Positions 5,097-6,767 of a stretch of 6,767 bases of DNA are shown here, in pieces. Both the position numbers and the translations under genes were made by a program. Each line of letters begins with the position of its first letter. Position 1 is the stretch's first letter. Origin of the DNA: Candidatus Iainarchaeum sp. Its GTDB lineage: Archaea > Iainarchaeota > Iainarchaeia > Iainarchaeales > CSSED10-239. The notes under the pieces were generated by a model. That model was given only the letters and a program-made list of their open reading frames with translations. It did no database searches and had not been told where the DNA came from. The DNA is taken from positions 1 to 6,767 of the forward strand of contig JAQUVR010000031.1 of NCBI GenBank assembly GCA_028693335.1, given 5' to 3'.

Positions 5097-5519
5097 TTAT
5101 TTTAAATAAATAATTTTTTTCCCATCTTTTATTTTTTTTCGTTTTGAATATTTAATTAAATAATGAATTTTACTTTTTGGGATCTTTAATTTTTGTTCAA
5201 GATCTCTATAGGAATAATCTTTATACTCTGCCAATATTTTTTGTAGTTTTTCTATTTTTATGGATATTGGTCTTCCTTGTTCTTTTCTAATAATTAATTT
5301 TATGCCTTTTGATTTTAATAATTCTTTTGTGCTTTCTCCAAGTCTATCTTTAGTAGATTCAGAAAGTGTTATTGTGTTTATCTTTTTACACTTTTCAAGA
5401 ATTTTTAATATCTTCTTGTGAGAAAAAGTTCTGGTTATGTGTAATTCTTGACATTTTGGGTTTAGTGATGCAATTTTAGAAGCATCTGATAATATATCTT
5501 TAATATTTAAGGCACTCAT
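5097..5519 (-). CDS. Uncharacterised small protein: N-terminal alpha/beta-like region plus C-terminal GRP + helix-turn-helix
   Basis: A 140-aa ORF with an ATG start fills the whole space between pfdB and the antiporter gene. The C-terminal half, GRPISIKIEKLQKILAEYKDYSYRDLEQKLKIPKSKIHYLIKY, has the spacing of a resolvase-type HTH (GRP, short helix, then S/T-x-R-x-hydrophobic...hydrophobic-x-x-S/T-x-hydrophobic). I do not recognise the N-terminal 85 aa. Coding status is likely; the function is unknown. Confidence 0.65.
   Translation of the reverse strand: MSALNIKDILSDASKIASLNPKCQELHITRTFSHKKILKILEKCKKINTITLSESTKDRLGESTKELLKSKGIKLIIRKEQGRPISIKIEKLQKILAEYKDYSYRDLEQKLKIPKSKIHYLIKYSKRKKIKDGKKIIYLK
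5114..5139 (+). terminator. Candidate oligo-T intrinsic terminator for the + strand operon (T7, T4, T8)
   Basis: T7 (5114-5120), T4 (5127-5130) and T8 (5132-5139) begin 19 nt after the pfdB stop. Archaeal RNA polymerase terminates at oligo-T runs. These tracts lie inside the 3' coding region of the convergent 140-aa gene (the Lys-rich tail KKIKDGKKI on the other strand). In a genome this AT-rich they could simply be coding by-products. Confidence 0.3.
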
Positions 5520-5595
5520 GTTTTTTTACCAAGTTCTTTTTTTGTCCAACATTAATTACTAATATATAAGTATAAGAATATATTTATAAAAATAC

Positions 5596-6767
5596 TTATT
5601 TTATTAAATTAAAGTCCTCTCCAATTCCAACTTTTAATTTTGTGTTTTTGAGATCAGTTATATGATTTATTCTTTCTTTTGCAAGTCTGTCTTTACTATG
5701 TTCATCGATATTTATAAGGTTTGTTATATAATAACTACTTAAATATCTTGGCATAATTACATAATCAGCACCAAAATTATAAAGCTTTAATGCCATATCA
5801 ACATCATCTGCAACAAAAATTAATTTTATCTTATAATTTTGTTCTTTTACTTTTTTAATTAATAATAAATCAGCATCCAAATCATTGATTGTAGAAATAA
5901 TTGTTTTTGTTTTTGATAAATCAAGTTCACATAAAAGCTCTAAATTACTAACATCTCCATAAATAAAATCAATTTTGTTTTTTTCTAATTGTTTTATTTT
6001 TTCTGGATTATAGTCAATTACTAAAATATTTTTTTTAGATTTTTTTAATGAATTAACTAAATTATAACCTAGTCTATTATACCCAAAAATTACATAATCA
6101 TAGACGTGTTTTTTATATGTAATGTCATCAATCTTTTTATCCTTTCTTTCAAAGATTGATAAAAATGAAGATATCTTGCAAAATAGTTTTTCTGAATATA
6201 TTATCATATATGATGAGCCGATAATAGTTATTAAACCAATAATTGTAACCACCGACAATATATCACTATTAATGTGTCCAACGGTAACACCAAGAGCAAT
6301 TAATATCAGTGAAAATTCGCTGATTTGTGCAACTGTTAATCCTGCCATAAAACCGGTTTTTTTTGTATATCCCATTTTTCCCATAATTATTAAAACGATT
6401 ATTGGATTTCCAATTAATATGAATACAGACAAAATAATTATTGGCAATATATATTGTGCAATATTTCCAAAAGTCATATGAAAACCAAGATACACAAAAA
6501 AAGATATTAAGAAAAAGTCTCTTAATGGCCTTAATTTGAAATTAATTTCTTGACGATATGGTAAAAAAGATAAGAAAAATCCAGCCAATAAAGCCCCAAT
6601 CTCAATAGAGAAATTAAATGCATAAAACAATGCTGCAAGAGATATACACCAAGAAATAGAAAACAACAACAAAAACTCTTGTGATTTTGCAACAAATTTA
6701 ACAAATCTTGGTAAAAGATATATGGATATTATTGATAAAAATATTATCAAAAAGATTCCTATTCCAA
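5596..6767 (-). CDS. CPA2-family (Kef-type) monovalent cation/proton antiporter fused to an RCK/TrkA-N domain; 5' end outside the window
   Basis: About 195 aa of consecutive hydrophobic helices (…GALLAGFFLS…RPLRDFF…GLTVAQISEFSLILIALG…) are typical of the C-terminal half of a Na_H_Exchanger domain. A Rossmann-like KTN domain follows (YVIFGYNRLGYNLV…ILVIDYNPEKIKQL…FIYGDVSNLELL…ADYVIMP). The reading frame stays open to base 6767 (…GIGIF upstream of the track's 'M', which is an internal TTG Leu codon). The N-terminal TM helices are therefore missing from this window. Confidence 0.9.
   Translation of the reverse strand, partial: GIGIFLIIFLSIISIYLLPRFVKFVAKSQEFLLLFSISWCISLAALFYAFNFSIEIGALLAGFFLSFLPYRQEINFKLRPLRDFFLISFFVYLGFHMTFGNIAQYILPIIILSVFILIGNPIIVLIIMGKMGYTKKTGFMAGLTVAQISEFSLILIALGVTVGHINSDILSVVTIIGLITIIGSSYMIIYSEKLFCKISSFLSIFERKDKKIDDITYKKHVYDYVIFGYNRLGYNLVNSLKKSKKNILVIDYNPEKIKQLEKNKIDFIYGDVSNLELLCELDLSKTKTIISTINDLDADLLLIKKVKEQNYKIKLIFVADDVDMALKLYNFGADYVIMPRYLSSYYITNLINIDEHSKDRLAKERINHITDLKNTKLKVGIGEDFNLIK

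Noticed and set aside
5097-5519. Serine recombinase/resolvase (mobile-element marker), suggested by the GRP + HTH module
   Set aside because: The N-terminal region is only about 85 aa and lacks the catalytic Ser motif (YxRVSTxxQ) and the E-helix. No inverted repeats or other mobile-element genes are nearby. I therefore kept it only as an uncharacterised HTH protein.
6122-6481. 119-aa ORF on the + strand
   Set aside because: It is antisense to the membrane domain of the antiporter. Its hydrophobic Ile-rich product is a mirror artefact of TM-helix codons.
1-6767. Search for tRNA, rRNA, CRISPR repeats, long direct or inverted repeats, and recoding (in-frame stops)
   Set aside because: No GC-rich non-coding island exists. 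The largest intergenic spacer is 76 nt (5520-5595) and is almost pure A/T. TAA, TAG and TGA all terminate recognisable proteins at family-typical lengths. Nothing supports any of these features.

Overview
The window is from a very AT-rich, gene-dense archaeal genome (A+T judged by eye, not computed). The small, divergent proteins suggest a reduced-genome lineage such as DPANN, but that placement is only an inference. Positions 38-5095 on the + strand hold the well-known archaeal exosome/proteasome 'superoperon' in canonical order: proteasome alpha, SBDS, Rrp4, Rrp41, Rrp42, ribosomal protein L37Ae (eL43), RNA polymerase subunit P, a Brix-domain protein, Pcc1 (KEOPS) and prefoldin beta. That is ten genes with gaps of -4 to 38 nt. 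RpoP (42 codons, 3881-4009) is missing from the supplied ORF track; I found it by reading the sequence. Two genes lie on the - strand. One is an uncharacterised 140-aa protein with a C-terminal GRP + helix-turn-helix, whose stop codon is 1 nt from the prefoldin stop. The other is a 5'-truncated CPA2 (Kef-type) cation/proton antiporter fused to an RCK/TrkA-N domain, which runs off the window edge. I found no rRNA, tRNA, CRISPR array, transposase or long repeat, and all three stop codons are used as stops (standard code). I see no convincing novel multi-gene system: the window is mostly conserved housekeeping. The points most worth a second look are the orphan HTH protein, the missed RpoP ORF, start-codon corrections, the compacted Rrp4, a degenerate nucleotide-binding motif in the RCK domain, and the oligo-T tract arrangement.
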